From the NCBI GenBank assembly GCA_028379895.1, contig JAOEKQ010000001.1:9574-73573 (forward strand): a stretch of 64,000 bases of DNA. Reading direction: 5' to 3'. How positions within the stretch are numbered: the stretch's first letter is position 1; every line of letters starts with the position of its first letter. Below the pieces are notes generated by a model. That model did not search any database. It was not told the DNA's origin and saw only the letters and a program-made list of their open reading frames with translations. A program made the translations under genes and the position numbers. Below, in pieces: positions 1-14,122 of the stretch. Source of the stretch: Burkholderiales bacterium. Lineage in GTDB: Bacteria > Pseudomonadota > Gammaproteobacteria > Burkholderiales > Eutrophovitaceae.

Positions 1-1389
1 GGTGATGCGCCTTCTAACGTGCTAGCGGCTCGATTGCGTGAGTTAAAGCTTCCAGTAGGGCGTCTCAAAACGGGCACACCTCCGCGAATTGATGGTCGCA
101 CTATTGACTTTTCTGCCCTAGAAAGGCAGGACGGCGATTTTGCGCGGCCAGTGTTCTCTTTCATGGGATCGCAGGAGCAGCATCCGCAACAGGTTCCCTG
201 TTGGATTACACACACCAACGAAAAAACGCACGACCTCATTCGCTCCGGCTTGGATCGATCGCCGCTATATACAGGATTGATAGAGGGGGTTGGACCACGT
301 TATTGTCCGTCTATTGAGGACAAGGTGGTTCGCTTTTCCGATCGCGGACAGCATCAAATTTTCCTTGAGCCCGAGGGTTTGAGTACGAACGAATATTATC
401 CAAATGGCATTTCTACTAGTCTTCCTTTCGACGTGCAAAGTGAAATAGTCAAGTCAATTAGGGGTCTTGAACAAGCCTACATCCTAAGGCCTGGGTACGC
501 TATTGAGTATGATTATTTTGATCCTCGGGCGTTGAAGCCAACCTTAGAGACAAAAGCACTAGAGCATTTGTTTTTCGCCGGACAGATTAATGGCACCACA
601 GGATATGAGGAAGCAGCAGCGCAAGGACTGTTGGCGGGATTGAATGCGTCGCGGAAAGTTGCGGGTAAAGAAGGTTGGTATCCGAGGCGAGACGAGGCGT
701 ATTTGGGTGTATTGGTTGACGATTTGATTACCCGAGGAGTGACAGAGCCTTATCGGATGTTTACTAGTCGAGCAGAATATCGATTAAGCCTTAGAGAAGA
801 TAATGCAGATCTTAGGTTAACTCCGGTAGGTCGAGATTTAGGTCTTGTTGACGATCGTCGATGGGAGATTTTTGAGCGGAAGCGAACGTCAATTGAGGTT
901 GAAACTGAGCGCCTAGCTAAGTTGTTTGTTAGCCCGAGTTGTGATGATCAAGATAAAATAAAACATGTAGTTGGTACAGTTTTGGATCATGAGTATTCTG
1001 CAATTCAGCTGTTGAAACGTCCTGAAGTAAATTATTCTGCTTTAATGAGTTTGGCTGGAGTCGGCCCCGGCGTTATGGACGAGGTTGTCGCCGAGCAAGT
1101 GGAAATTCAATCTAAATATGAAGGTTATATCAGCCGTCAAAAAGATGAGGTAAAAAAGATGATTAGTCTGGAGGGGGTTAAGATTCCCGAAGAGGTTGAC
1201 TATACGATAGTGCCGGGGCTGTCGACGGAGGCGAAGCAAAAATTAACTTCTACCCGTCCAAGTACATTGGGGCACGCAAGTCGGGTGTCGGGTATCACGC
1301 CAGCCGCTGTCGGCATCTTATCGGTTTATATTAAGAAATTAAATCAATCGTTAATTGACCGTGGTGATCAGGGAAAGGCCGCCTTTTGA
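1..1389 (+). CDS. mnmG: tRNA uridine 5-carboxymethylaminomethyl modification enzyme MnmG/GidA (5'-truncated by window)
   Basis: Motifs [54 protein letters not shown]; frame open to the window edge. Confidence 0.98.
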   Translation, partial: GDAPSNVLAARLRELKLPVGRLKTGTPPRIDGRTIDFSALERQDGDFARPVFSFMGSQEQHPQQVPCWITHTNEKTHDLIRSGLDRSPLYTGLIEGVGPRYCPSIEDKVVRFSDRGQHQIFLEPEGLSTNEYYPNGISTSLPFDVQSEIVKSIRGLEQAYILRPGYAIEYDYFDPRALKPTLETKALEHLFFAGQINGTTGYEEAAAQGLLAGLNASRKVAGKEGWYPRRDEAYLGVLVDDLITRGVTEPYRMFTSRAEYRLSLREDNADLRLTPVGRDLGLVDDRRWEIFERKRTSIEVETERLAKLFVSPSCDDQDKIKHVVGTVLDHEYSAIQLLKRPEVNYSALMSLAGVGPGVMDEVVAEQVEIQSKYEGYISRQKDEVKKMISLEGVKIPEEVDYTIVPGLSTEAKQKLTSTRPSTLGHASRVSGITPAAVGILSVYIKKLNQSLIDRGDQGKAAF

Positions 1390-2024
1390 TGGCGAACGAT
1401 TTTAGTGAGATTTCTGGAGCCGCTCTAAAACAAATGGGTTTAAAGGTAACAAAGAGCGAGATTGCCATGTTTCGACAATATATGATTTTATTGGATAAGT
1501 GGAATCAGGTTTATAACATCACATCAGTCACTCCAAAAAATAAGTGGGTAAGTACTCACTTGTATGATTCATGCTCTATTATAAGTGATCTGCCGAGCGG
1601 GCCGTTGCTTGACATTGGTACGGGGGGTGGTTTTCCAGGACTACCAATCGCGATTATGCAGCCGGAGCGTCAAGTGGTGCTTTTGGATCGAAGTGCAAAA
1701 AAAACAACCTTTTTAAGGCAAGTGATTGTCGAGCTGGGACTTAAAAACGTCAAAATTGAAACCTCAAGAATCGAAAGCTATGAACCTGTGAAACGATTCG
1801 ATGTTATCGTTTCACGAGCGTTTAGTGAGTTAAAAATTTTTCTTTTAAATGCTTCACGACTTTGTAGTGCGGATGGAGTTTTAGTTGCGATGAAAGGAAA
1901 ATATCCTGCCGCAGAATTGGCGATAATACCTAAGCTTAATATAAAACAAGTTAAAAAACTTCGAGTGCCTCAGCTTGCTGCCGAGCGTCACATTGTTGAG
2001 CTCGCCCCTAATCTTCAACTATAA
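1389..2024 (+). CDS. rsmG: 16S rRNA m7G527 methyltransferase RsmG/GidB
   Basis: WNQVYNITS, HLYDS, LDIGTGGGFPG, VSRAF; follows mnmG with TGATG stop/start overlap (ATG 1389). Confidence 0.96.
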   Translation: MANDFSEISGAALKQMGLKVTKSEIAMFRQYMILLDKWNQVYNITSVTPKNKWVSTHLYDSCSIISDLPSGPLLDIGTGGGFPGLPIAIMQPERQVVLLDRSAKKTTFLRQVIVELGLKNVKIETSRIESYEPVKRFDVIVSRAFSELKIFLLNASRLCSADGVLVAMKGKYPAAELAIIPKLNIKQVKKLRVPQLAAERHIVELAPNLQL

Positions 2025-2037
2025 AAAGGTAACCGAA

Positions 2038-2802
2038 GTGAGTCGTATTATTGCCATCGCAAACCAAAAAGGAGGTGTAGCAAAAACCACCACTGCTATA
2101 AATTTAGCAGCGGGTGTCGCCGCCCAGGGGAAGCGTGTGCTGCTCATTGATTTAGATCCTCAGGGTAATGCCACCACTGGAAGCGGCATTGATAAGTCAG
2201 AGGCGGAGGTCGGTGTGTACGACGTTTTGACTGAGTCCGCAGAAATCAGGAGTGTTAAGGTTCAAAGCCCGACTGCTGGATACGATTTAGTGACTGCTAA
2301 CCAACATCTGGCCGGCGCAGATGTAGAGTTAGTTGGTATAGATGGTCGTGAAAACATACTTAAGCGAGCGTTAGAAAAAGTAACGGACGACTACGATTTT
2401 GTTCTGATTGATTGTCCTCCCGCTCTTAGTTTTCTCACCATCAACGGTTTAACCGCGGCAAAATATGTAATTATTCCCATGCAATGCGAGTATTACGCTC
2501 TAGAGGGCTTGATTGATTTAGTCCACACAATTAAGCGTATTAAGTCACATTTGAATCCGAATCTTGAAATTGGCGGCTTAGTCAGAACGATGTTTGATGG
2601 TCGCAACTCCTTTTCTCATCAGGTTTCCGAGCAACTCGATACTCACTTTGGCGACAAGCTATTTGAAACCGTAATACCTAGGAATGTGCGAGTCGCAGAA
2701 GCGCCCAGTCATGGTCTCCCCGTATTGATTTATGACAAGACGTCCAAGGGGGCGCTCGCTTATCGATCGCTGTCCGTAGAATTTTTAAATAGATTTACCT
2801 AA
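2038..2802 (+). CDS. parA: Chromosome partitioning ATPase ParA/Soj
   Basis: ANQKGGVAKTTT, IDLDPQGNAT, IDCPP, EAPSHG; probable GTG start at 2038. Confidence 0.96.
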   Translation: MSRIIAIANQKGGVAKTTTAINLAAGVAAQGKRVLLIDLDPQGNATTGSGIDKSEAEVGVYDVLTESAEIRSVKVQSPTAGYDLVTANQHLAGADVELVGIDGRENILKRALEKVTDDYDFVLIDCPPALSFLTINGLTAAKYVIIPMQCEYYALEGLIDLVHTIKRIKSHLNPNLEIGGLVRTMFDGRNSFSHQVSEQLDTHFGDKLFETVIPRNVRVAEAPSHGLPVLIYDKTSKGALAYRSLSVEFLNRFT

Positions 2803-2824
2803 TTTTTGAAGGCGTGAAGACACT

Positions 2825-3691
2825 ATGGTGAAAGCAAAAGGATTGGGGAAAGGCTTAGACGCGCTTTTTTCTGACGGAAAATTAGCTGACAGCAATAATC
2901 AAGGACCCATATTGACCCTGCCAATAGACGCGTTACAGCCGGGAAAATTTCAACCGCGGACTAATATAAATGATGGTGCAATAACTGACCTTAGCGAGTC
3001 TATCCGTTCTCAGGGTGTTATTCAGCCGCTGATTGTACGAACACTATCAAATGGACGTCATGAGATTATAGCCGGCGAACGAAGGTGGCGTGCCGCTCTG
3101 AAGGTGGGTTTGAAAGCTGTTCCAGTGGTAGTAAAAGATGCAGACGACAAGTCTGCCATGGCTATGGCATTGATAGAGAATATTCAAAGGGAAGACCTTA
3201 ATTCGATCGATGAAGCTATTGGCATTAAGAAGCTTATCGAGGAATTTGAAATGACCCACGAGGCCGTAGCGCGCATTCTCGGGAAATCACGCAGTACGGT
3301 TACAAATTTACAGCGGTTATTGTCATTATCGCCATCCGTTCAGCAAATGCTGCGCGAACAAAGATTAGAGATGGGTCACGCTCGTTCGTTGCTAGGGTTA
3401 GAAGCCTCACGTCAGCTTGACCTAGCAAAACGAATTGTAGCTTTAAACTTAACGGTTCGCGAAGTGGAGAGCCTAGTGGGTGCAGCGAGCAATCATGCGG
3501 GCGGCGGTGAAAAAATCAAAAAGCGTCGCCAAAACCCTAACCAAGATACTATACGTTTACAGGAACAGTTGGCACAACAACTTGGGTTACCAGTTAAGAT
3601 TACTTACACAAAAAGGGGATCTGGCAAGATTGCCTTGTCGTATTCAAATTTAGATGAGCTTGAAGCTCTTTTAGTGAAGTTGAGGGCTTGA
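2825..3691 (+). CDS. parB: Chromosome partitioning protein ParB/Spo0J
   Basis: GLGKGLDAL N-terminus, QPR, IIAGERRWRA, ENIQREDL, HTH region. Confidence 0.97.
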   Translation: MVKAKGLGKGLDALFSDGKLADSNNQGPILTLPIDALQPGKFQPRTNINDGAITDLSESIRSQGVIQPLIVRTLSNGRHEIIAGERRWRAALKVGLKAVPVVVKDADDKSAMAMALIENIQREDLNSIDEAIGIKKLIEEFEMTHEAVARILGKSRSTVTNLQRLLSLSPSVQQMLREQRLEMGHARSLLGLEASRQLDLAKRIVALNLTVREVESLVGAASNHAGGGEKIKKRRQNPNQDTIRLQEQLAQQLGLPVKITYTKRGSGKIALSYSNLDELEALLVKLRA

Positions 3692-3720
3692 GCGCTCTTA
3701 AGTATTTAGCGTGGCCTCCA

Positions 3721-3749
3721 TTGACACAAATTAGTCGAGTCCTTAAAAT
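3721..3749 (+). promoter_or_regulatory. sigma70 promoter of the atp operon
   Basis: TTGACA (3721-3726), 17-nt spacer, TAAAAT (3744-3749), directly upstream of atpI. Confidence 0.8.
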
Positions 3750-3806
3750 AGCGAGCTTTTCGTGGGTTGGAACAACTTACGGGTTTCCAGGTTCGCTCTT
3801 TTATTT

Positions 3807-4986
<1,180 letters not shown>

Positions 4987-5027
4987 CGCAATTAGATTTA
5001 ATTTTTAACAACTTAATTTTGTATTAG

Positions 5028-5300
<273 letters not shown>

Positions 5301-5340
5301 TGAGTAACATCAATCAAGATTTAAGGCGCAGGAGGCAAGC

Positions 5341-5814
5341 GTGAATATTAACGCAACACTTTTAGGCCAGGCGATCTGGTTTGCTTTATTTATATGGCTG
5401 ACCATGAAGTACGTTTGGCCGCCGCTTCAAAAAGCGATGCAAGATCGTCAAAAAGAGATTGCAGACGGGTTAGCGGCCGGTGAAAAAGGTAGACAAGAGT
5501 TAGCTGAAGCAGCGGAAAAGGTTAATCAAGAGCTTCAAAATACAAAAGAGCAGGCTATGGAGATAATTTCTCAGGCCGAAAAGCGCTCTGGGGAGCTTGT
5601 TGAGGAAGCAAAAAACCACGCGAAAGTCGAAGGCGAACGAATTGTTTCCGCTGCTAAAGCGGAAATCGAGCAAGAAGTCAACCGAGCGAAAGAGCAACTT
5701 CGAACGCAAGTGGCTTCATTAGCAATTGCTGGTGCGGAGCAAATTCTCCAAAAAGAAATCGACGCAAATTCGCATGCTGACATGCTCAAGCGACTCGAAT
5801 CAGAGCTAGGTTAG
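5341..5814 (+). CDS. atpF: F0 ATP synthase subunit b
   Basis: [17 protein letters not shown] followed by coiled coil; SD AGGAGG. Confidence 0.98.
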   Translation: MNINATLLGQAIWFALFIWLTMKYVWPPLQKAMQDRQKEIADGLAAGEKGRQELAEAAEKVNQELQNTKEQAMEIISQAEKRSGELVEEAKNHAKVEGERIVSAAKAEIEQEVNRAKEQLRTQVASLAIAGAEQILQKEIDANSHADMLKRLESELG

Positions 5815-5818
5815 CGCA

Positions 5819-6349
5819 ATGGCTGAAGTTATTACATTGGCTCGACCCTACGCTCAGGCGCTTTATTCGTTGGCGAAAGAGACTGATACTTTAGATCTCT
5901 GGTCAGAAGCTTTGGGATTTTTAAAAAGCGTAGCCAACGATGCGACCTTTCAGTCAACCGTTAACGCGCCTGACATCCAGGTAACAGACGTTGAAGATTT
6001 ATTTCTATCAATTTGCTCCGATCGAGTATCGAAAGAAGTTATAAATTTTATCCAATTATTCGTAAGAAATGGCAGACTTTCGGTTCTTGACGATGTGGCG
6101 AGACAGTATGAATCTTTAAAATCTGAGGACGAAGGCGTGGTAAGCGCAGTCATTCAGTCGGCATTCGACTTAGACGAAGCTCAGGTGAAGGCCATAGCCG
6201 ATATTTTGTCTAAAAAACTTGATAAAAAAATAAGTCCATCCGTCACCACAGACCCCAATTTAATCGGGGGAGTGAAAGTTTACGTGGGTGATAAGGTGTG
6301 GGATGCGTCTGTAAGAGGTCGCCTCCAACATATGGCGGCCACACTTTAA
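5819..6349 (+). CDS. atpH: F1 ATP synthase subunit delta
   Basis: MAEVITLARPYAQA, LIGG, DASVRGRL. Confidence 0.97.
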   Translation: MAEVITLARPYAQALYSLAKETDTLDLWSEALGFLKSVANDATFQSTVNAPDIQVTDVEDLFLSICSDRVSKEVINFIQLFVRNGRLSVLDDVARQYESLKSEDEGVVSAVIQSAFDLDEAQVKAIADILSKKLDKKISPSVTTDPNLIGGVKVYVGDKVWDASVRGRLQHMAATL

Positions 6350-6376
6350 CGAATTAATCATTAGGAGCATTGATCC

Positions 6377-7924
6377 ATGCAGTTGAATCCATCAGAGATT
6401 AGCGAGCTGATTAAGGGCAAGATCCAAAATCTTGCATCTGAAACTGAAGCAAAAACTCAAGGTACGGTCGTATCCGTGAGTGACGGAATATGCCGGGTAC
6501 ATGGTCTTTCAGACGTCATGCAAGGCGAAATGTTGGAGTTTCCTGGAAACACATTTGGTCTGGCATTAAATCTTGAACGAGACTCGGTTGGTGCTGTGGT
6601 TCTGGGTGAATACACCCATATTACCGAAGGTGACACAGTTAAGTGTACTGGTAAGATTTTAGAAGTACCGGTTGGGCCTGAGTTGCTTGGTCGGGTAGTA
6701 GATGCATTGGGCCAGCCTATTGATGGAAAAGGCCCCATAAATGCCAAAGAGACCGACGTAATTGAGAAGGTGGCCCCGGGCGTTATTTGGCGGCAGTCAG
6801 TGGACGAGCCGGTTCAAACTGGTCTAAAGGCAATTGATGCCATGGTTCCTGTGGGCCGAGGGCAGAGAGAGTTGATTATTGGGGATCGTCAAACCGGCAA
6901 AACCGCTGTAGCGACTGATACTATTATTAACCAAAAGGGTAAAAACCTTTTTTGTGTTTATGTTGCGATTGGACAAAAAGCGTCCACTGTAGCAAACGTA
7001 GTGCGGAAGCTTGAAGAGTATGGCGCAATGGAATACACAATTGTTGTAGCTGCAACGGCTTCTGAGTCTGCCGCCATGCAATATATATCCGCTTACTCGG
7101 GATGCACGATGGGGGAATACTTCAGAGATAGAGGCGAAGACGCCTTGATTATTTATGATGATTTGACAAAGCAAGCCGTAGCATACAGACAGATATCGTT
7201 ATTGTTGAGACGACCCCCAGGTCGAGAGGCCTACCCGGGTGACGTTTTTTACTTGCATTCACGCTTGTTAGAGCGAGCAGCTCGAGTGTCAACTGCGTGG
7301 GTAGAGCGCCACACAAACGGAGCTGTAAAGGATAAGACCGGATCGTTGACCGCACTTCCAATTATCGAGACCCAGGCTGGTGACGTTTCCGCGTTTGTTC
7401 CAACTAACGTAATCTCAATCACTGATGGCCAGATTTTTCTGGAAACGGACTTGTTTAACGCAGGAGTAAGGCCTGCGATTAATGCAGGAGTGTCCGTTTC
7501 TCGGGTGGGAGGTGCAGCCCAAACTAAAATTATGAAGCGTAAGGATACTGGTGGTGGTGTTCGTTTAGCGTTAGCGCAGTACAGAGAACTTGCTGCCTTC
7601 GCTCAGTTCGCCTCTGACCTTGATGAGGCTACTCGCCGCCAACTAGAACGTGGCCAAATGGCAACCGAGTTAATGAAACAACCACAATACCAACCAATGG
7701 AGGTTTGGGAAATGGCGGTTACATTGTTCGCACTAAATAATGATGTGTTTGATGGCATGGAAGTCAGTAAAGCGTTGGCGGCTGAAAAATCAATGAGAGA
7801 TTTTCTCAAGAGTAAAAACGCAGATTTAATTACTCGTATTGATGAAACTAATAATCTCACCAAAGAAGACGAAGCCGCGCTTAAAACCGCGATTCAAGAG
7901 TGGAAAGTTAGCGGAACCTACTAG
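6377..7924 (+). CDS. atpA: F1 ATP synthase subunit alpha
   Basis: [42 protein letters not shown]. Confidence 0.99.
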   Translation: MQLNPSEISELIKGKIQNLASETEAKTQGTVVSVSDGICRVHGLSDVMQGEMLEFPGNTFGLALNLERDSVGAVVLGEYTHITEGDTVKCTGKILEVPVGPELLGRVVDALGQPIDGKGPINAKETDVIEKVAPGVIWRQSVDEPVQTGLKAIDAMVPVGRGQRELIIGDRQTGKTAVATDTIINQKGKNLFCVYVAIGQKASTVANVVRKLEEYGAMEYTIVVAATASESAAMQYISAYSGCTMGEYFRDRGEDALIIYDDLTKQAVAYRQISLLLRRPPGREAYPGDVFYLHSRLLERAARVSTAWVERHTNGAVKDKTGSLTALPIIETQAGDVSAFVPTNVISITDGQIFLETDLFNAGVRPAINAGVSVSRVGGAAQTKIMKRKDTGGGVRLALAQYRELAAFAQFASDLDEATRRQLERGQMATELMKQPQYQPMEVWEMAVTLFALNNDVFDGMEVSKALAAEKSMRDFLKSKNADLITRIDETNNLTKEDEAALKTAIQEWKVSGTY

Positions 7925-7975
7925 GTTACAGGGAAAATAACCGCATCAAAATAATGATGATAGAAAGACTCTAGG

Positions 7976-8839
7976 ATGGCAGGCACAAAGGAAATAAGAA
8001 ACAAAATTAAAAGCGTGCAAAACACGAGCAAGATCACCAAAGCTATGGAAATGGTGGCGGCATCAAAAATGAGAAAAGCTCAGGAACGAATGCGCGCAGC
8101 TAGACCGTTCGGAGACAAAATACGAGCGGTCGCGGCTAATATTTCCCATGCCAACCCCGAATACAGGCATCCTTATTTAACCGAGAGAGACACCGTAAAG
8201 CGGGCGGCAATGATTGTTGTGACCACCGATAAGGGATTATGCGGCGCGTTAAATACCAATGTTCTAAGAATGGCGTTAGCTCAGTACAAAGAGTGGCAAG
8301 CAGACGGAGAAGAAATCGACGTTTGTTGTATCGGTGGTAAAGGAGTTGGATTCATGCAGCGACTCGGCGCTAATGTCGTTGCTGAGGTCAGCGGACTGGG
8401 TGATGCCCCGAAGATGGAAACTATATTAGGTGCAATTAAAGTTGTGCTCGACGGATATAACGAGGACAAATTCGATCAAGTTGTCCTCTTTTACAATAAA
8501 TTTATAAATACTATGAAGCAAGAGCCAACGATGGAGCAGTTACTGCCAGTCAAGGGCGAGAGCCTCGGCGTTCCAACTGGCGCTTGGGACTACATCTATG
8601 AACCCGACGCAAAAGAGGTGTTAGATCAAGTCTTGAATCGTTACATTGAGGCGGTGGTGTACCAATCTGTGGCCGAGAATATGTCGTCCGAACAATCAGC
8701 GAGAATGGTCGCGATGAAGTCAGCGTCAGACAATGCTGCCACACTCATAGATGAGTTAACCCTTGTTTATAACAAATCACGCCAAGCCGCCATTACTCAA
8801 GAGTTATCTGAAATTGTTAGCGGTGCGTCAGCAGTTTAA
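7976..8839 (+). CDS. atpG: F1 ATP synthase subunit gamma
   Basis: [34 protein letters not shown]. Confidence 0.99.
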   Translation: MAGTKEIRNKIKSVQNTSKITKAMEMVAASKMRKAQERMRAARPFGDKIRAVAANISHANPEYRHPYLTERDTVKRAAMIVVTTDKGLCGALNTNVLRMALAQYKEWQADGEEIDVCCIGGKGVGFMQRLGANVVAEVSGLGDAPKMETILGAIKVVLDGYNEDKFDQVVLFYNKFINTMKQEPTMEQLLPVKGESLGVPTGAWDYIYEPDAKEVLDQVLNRYIEAVVYQSVAENMSSEQSARMVAMKSASDNAATLIDELTLVYNKSRQAAITQELSEIVSGASAV

Positions 8840-8861
8840 TTTTTAACAGAATTTTTTTTAA

Positions 8862-10286
<1,425 letters not shown>

Positions 10287-10345
10287 GGCAATAAATAAAC
10301 AATTTGCAAAGTTATTAAGGTTAATCGGAACTCATTAGGCTCATT

Positions 10346-10765
10346 ATGGCAAGCACCATTCAGGTAGAAGTTGTTAGTGCAGAAGAATCAGTTTTCTCCG
10401 GCGAGGCGTCTTTTATTGTCGTGCCGGGAGAGCTCGGTGACCTCGGTATTTATCCTAAACATACGCCCCTTATCACAAGGATAAAAGCCGGTTCAGTGCG
10501 AATTCAGATGCTAGATTCGAAAGAGGAAACGGCAATATTCGTTGCTGGCGGAATCTTGGAGGTGCAGCCAGGATCAGTTACGGTTATGGCTGATACTGCA
10601 ATTCGAAGTGATGATTTGGATGAAGCCCGCGCGTTAGAAGCTAAAAAACGAGCAGAGGAAGCACTCAAAGCCTCTACGGACAAGCAAGAAATTGCTACCG
10701 TCGAAGCGGAGCTGGCAATGCTCGGCGCTCAGCTTGCCGAGATTAGAAAGTTGCGTAAACATTAA
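10346..10765 (+). CDS. atpC: F1 ATP synthase subunit epsilon
   Basis: [24 protein letters not shown]; last gene of the atp operon. Confidence 0.97.
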   Translation: MASTIQVEVVSAEESVFSGEASFIVVPGELGDLGIYPKHTPLITRIKAGSVRIQMLDSKEETAIFVAGGILEVQPGSVTVMADTAIRSDDLDEARALEAKKRAEEALKASTDKQEIATVEAELAMLGAQLAEIRKLRKH

Positions 10766-10795
10766 AATTCATAGCAATGATGAGTGGTAGTAACT

Positions 10796-10819
10796 AGGGC
10801 AGCTGGTGCTGCCTTTTTT
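10796..10819 (+). terminator. Intrinsic terminator of the atp operon
   Basis: GGCAGC-TGGT-GCTGCC hairpin followed by TTTTTT. Confidence 0.85.
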
Positions 10820-10870
10820 ATGTCTGTTAAGATAATTGAGCTAACTAATTTTGAAAAACGAATCCTGCTG

Positions 10871-12031
10871 ATGTTAAACACATTAAAACTACTCAAAGTT
10901 TTTATCTTCCTCATTTGTTGTGCTTGTTTGGTTAGCTGTAGTGAGCAACCTGAGACGATAAAGATCACTTTCATTGGCCCATTGACGGGTGGGGTGTCAG
11001 CAGGCGGCCTAGGCGGACGCAATTCTGCAGATTTGGCCGTAAGTTTACGTAACCAATCACCTGAAACTAAGTATAAATACGAACTGGTTCCATTAGACGA
11101 CGAATGTAAGCCAAACATCGGCGTTCAGGTCGCAACAAAGGCAGCAGCAGATAAAAATATAGTAGCAGGTGTGACGCACTACTGTTCCGCTGTTGCTATG
11201 GGTACAGTCGACGTGTATCACAAGTTTGGACTGCCTGTCATAGTCTGGGGTGCCGTGCTTCCAGATATCACCTATGGAAATGATCACCCGGAGATCCACC
11301 GTGTTAACGGTACGATGATAAATCAAAATATGGTGGCAGCGGAATTTATGATTGCACAAGGATTTTCGACCTGGGCAGTTATTCACGACACCACAGATTA
11401 TGGAAAAGGACATTTTAAATATTTTGAAAAAGCTTTAATCGAGCAACCCGGGGCGATTTTAGGTACGTTTGGGGTAAACCCTGACCAGCAAGACTTCACT
11501 GCTGAATTGACAAAGATCAAAGCTCTGAATCCGGAGGTAATTTATTTTGGTGGCCTTGCTCCAACAGGTGTCCGTATTCGTGCGCAGATGGATAAGTTAG
11601 GTATGAGCCAGGTATTCCAGGGAACATCAGGAATCGTATCGGACGCCTTCATCGATGGCGTAGGTGATTTGGCTGAGGGGGTCCTCGCATTTAGGGAGGG
11701 CGCTCCAACCGAGAAACTACCTGGTGGAAAAATGTTTATACAGGCTTATCAAGCGCGCGGTTTTGGTGAGCCAGCAGAAGCTTATGGCGCGTTTGCATTT
11801 GCTGCGACCGATCTGATCATAGATGTAATTGAAAAAGTTGGTCCAGACCGAAATCTAATACGTGACGAGCTAAACCTCACTCAGGGACACGAGTCGATTG
11901 TGGGGCCAGTCACATTCGACAGCCACGGCCAAAACACTATAGCGTTGATTACTAAATATGTGATTCAAGATAGCAGTTGGGTGCTCTGGGAAGATAGTGA
12001 GTACGCACTTGGCAAACGTTCCCTTAAATAA
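10871..12031 (+). CDS. Liv/HAAT-family ABC transporter substrate-binding protein, probably a lipoprotein
   Basis: GPLTG, LDDECKP, THYCSAV, DTTDYG; lipobox LVSC; ATG 10871 lies after the atp terminator, unlike the called start 10784. Confidence 0.9.
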   Translation: MLNTLKLLKVFIFLICCACLVSCSEQPETIKITFIGPLTGGVSAGGLGGRNSADLAVSLRNQSPETKYKYELVPLDDECKPNIGVQVATKAAADKNIVAGVTHYCSAVAMGTVDVYHKFGLPVIVWGAVLPDITYGNDHPEIHRVNGTMINQNMVAAEFMIAQGFSTWAVIHDTTDYGKGHFKYFEKALIEQPGAILGTFGVNPDQQDFTAELTKIKALNPEVIYFGGLAPTGVRIRAQMDKLGMSQVFQGTSGIVSDAFIDGVGDLAEGVLAFREGAPTEKLPGGKMFIQAYQARGFGEPAEAYGAFAFAATDLIIDVIEKVGPDRNLIRDELNLTQGHESIVGPVTFDSHGQNTIALITKYVIQDSSWVLWEDSEYALGKRSLK

Positions 12032-12050
12032 CAAGGGTCGGTTGAGATAA

Positions 12051-12965
12051 ATGGATCTCGGATTTTTTGCGCAATACTTAATAAATGGACTTGTGCAAGG
12101 AATAACTTACGCATTAGTCGCCGTTGGATTTACATTGTTTTTTGGTGTGCTTGACGTTATTAAATTCTCTCACGGGGATGTTCTAATGTTGGGAGCATTT
12201 ACCGCGTTAGCATTATTTTTGGGATTAGATCGATTATCGACACCAACATGGTTATCTTTGACCATTATGTTGTGTTTGGGTACGTTGACAATGGCGTTAC
12301 TTGGCGCTTTATTGTGTAAATTTTTAGTTTTGCCCCTTAAAGAATCACCACCGCTAAATACATTACTGATCACTCTGATGTTTGGATCAGTTATCCGAGA
12401 GTCGGTTCGATTGTTCTTTCCCAATGGATCTAATCCGAAACCGTTCCCTGCCCTATTGCCTGAGACTTCGATAAATTGGGGAAATCTTAATTTACGCTTG
12501 GATAGTGTCATACTTATTTTCACTGGAGCACTGGCGATTGTATTAACTCATTTGTTCATTCAAAAGACCCGAATGGGTCTGGCCATAAGAGCAGTCGCTC
12601 AAGATGAGGAGACAGCCAGACTCATGGGCATTAATTTCACTAAGACTGTGTTGATGACATTCGCATTAGGTTCGGGTCTTGCAGCGCTATCCGGTATCAG
12701 TACAGGGCTTTATTATCAAGAGATTAATTTCAGCATGGGGCTCATGTTAGGGGTTATAGGATTTAGTGCCGCTGTAGTTGGAGGACTCGGAAGCATTTAT
12801 GGAGCAATTGTGGGCGGATTACTTTTTGCGTTTTTACAAACGTTAGGCGCGATATGGTTTAGCGTTCCGGCCTATAAAGATGTTTTTGCCTTTACGGTAA
12901 TCATTATGCTCATGGCATGGCGGCCAACCGGCTTGTTGGCAGATCGTTCTGCGGAACGCGTTTAA
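12051..12965 (+). CDS. livH: Liv-type ABC transporter permease (LivH-like)
   Basis: YALVAVGFTLFFG, FSHG, GLAIRAVAQD, AVVGGLGS, RPTGLL. Confidence 0.9.
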   Translation: MDLGFFAQYLINGLVQGITYALVAVGFTLFFGVLDVIKFSHGDVLMLGAFTALALFLGLDRLSTPTWLSLTIMLCLGTLTMALLGALLCKFLVLPLKESPPLNTLLITLMFGSVIRESVRLFFPNGSNPKPFPALLPETSINWGNLNLRLDSVILIFTGALAIVLTHLFIQKTRMGLAIRAVAQDEETARLMGINFTKTVLMTFALGSGLAALSGISTGLYYQEINFSMGLMLGVIGFSAAVVGGLGSIYGAIVGGLLFAFLQTLGAIWFSVPAYKDVFAFTVIIMLMAWRPTGLLADRSAERV

Positions 12966-12970
12966 TAACG

Positions 12971-14122
12971 ATGTCTGACCTCAAAACAAAACTGGAAATT
13001 TTATTGGGGGTGGCGTTGTGCGTTGTCGTGCTCTATGGCTTTCTCTACCTTGAGCATGAATGGGAAATTGGTTTGTTGTTGGTCATCCTACCTTTAGCGA
13101 TTCTGTTTTTGAAGCGGGCGAATATCTTGAGCGATTATCAACAGGCTGCGCGAACGATACCCAGATTTACCCTAATCAGTTTTATTGTTGGCGTTTTGGT
13201 GCTGATCGTACTTTTGCGCGATGAACATTTTGCATTATTAATGTTAACGACAGTTTTGTTATACGTAACGGTAAGTCTGGGCTTAACAATTCAGTTTGGA
13301 TTTGCGGGCTTGGTTAATTTTGCTGCCATTGCATTTTTCGGTATTGGTGCTTACTCAATGGCGGTCCTAAATTATCACTTTCATGCATTACCGGATTTGT
13401 TAATTATTCTGTTCAGCGGGCTAACCTCAGCACTATTGGGCGCCTTATTAATCTTGCCAATACTTAGAACCAAAGGTCACTACGCTGCGCTGATTACAAT
13501 TGCTTTTGGAATTCTTTTGCGTACTTTTTTAGAGGTAAACGATGTCTTTGGAGGACCACAAGGCTTAAAAGTAGGTGCTATTGAGATACTGGGGTGGAAT
13601 TTTAGTGATAGTTTTCCCAGTGTATTAGGGGGTGGATCGTTTTATATGGCATATGCGATCATGGCACTTTTGTTGGCCGCGATTGCATATCTTTTGACGC
13701 GTTTAATTGAGGCATCATGGTTTGGCTTGAATATGGACTCAGTCCGTTTAGATGAGGTTGCCTCCGCTTCGTTTGGCATCAACATCCCGCGTTGGAAAAT
13801 AACGGCTTTTATGTTGGGCAATTTTTTTGCTGGTTTAGCGGGGGCAATATATGCCGCCATGTCTGGCTTTATAGCCCCAGCAAGTTTTAATTTTTCCGAC
13901 TCTTTACTTCTTGTGTCCATTGTTCTTCTTGGCGGTATAGGAAATGCTGTGGCAGTGATACCAGCCGCGTTATTGATTGTTGTGTTGCCTGAAAAATTTC
14001 AAGTGATCCAAGAGTATCGATTATTACTATTTGGAATTGTCGTTATTCTAATACTCCGGTTTAGGCCCAGTGGCCTAATGCCTCGGGGTCTTCGACAATA
14101 CTTTCCAAGAAGCTCCACATGA
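12971..14122 (+). CDS. livM: Liv-type ABC transporter permease (LivM-like)
   Basis: GFAGLVNFA, LRTKGHYAALITIAFG, LLGGIGN, RPSGL; ATG 12971. Confidence 0.9.
   Translation: MSDLKTKLEILLGVALCVVVLYGFLYLEHEWEIGLLLVILPLAILFLKRANILSDYQQAARTIPRFTLISFIVGVLVLIVLLRDEHFALLMLTTVLLYVTVSLGLTIQFGFAGLVNFAAIAFFGIGAYSMAVLNYHFHALPDLLIILFSGLTSALLGALLILPILRTKGHYAALITIAFGILLRTFLEVNDVFGGPQGLKVGAIEILGWNFSDSFPSVLGGGSFYMAYAIMALLLAAIAYLLTRLIEASWFGLNMDSVRLDEVASASFGINIPRWKITAFMLGNFFAGLAGAIYAAMSGFIAPASFNFSDSLLLVSIVLLGGIGNAVAVIPAALLIVVLPEKFQVIQEYRLLLFGIVVILILRFRPSGLMPRGLRQYFPRSST

Noticed and set aside
1808-1823. parS-like GTTTCACG inside rsmG (similar half-site near 10112 in atpD)
   Set aside because: Only half of the TGTTTCACGTGAAACA palindrome, and explained by coding (VSRA, PFHV)
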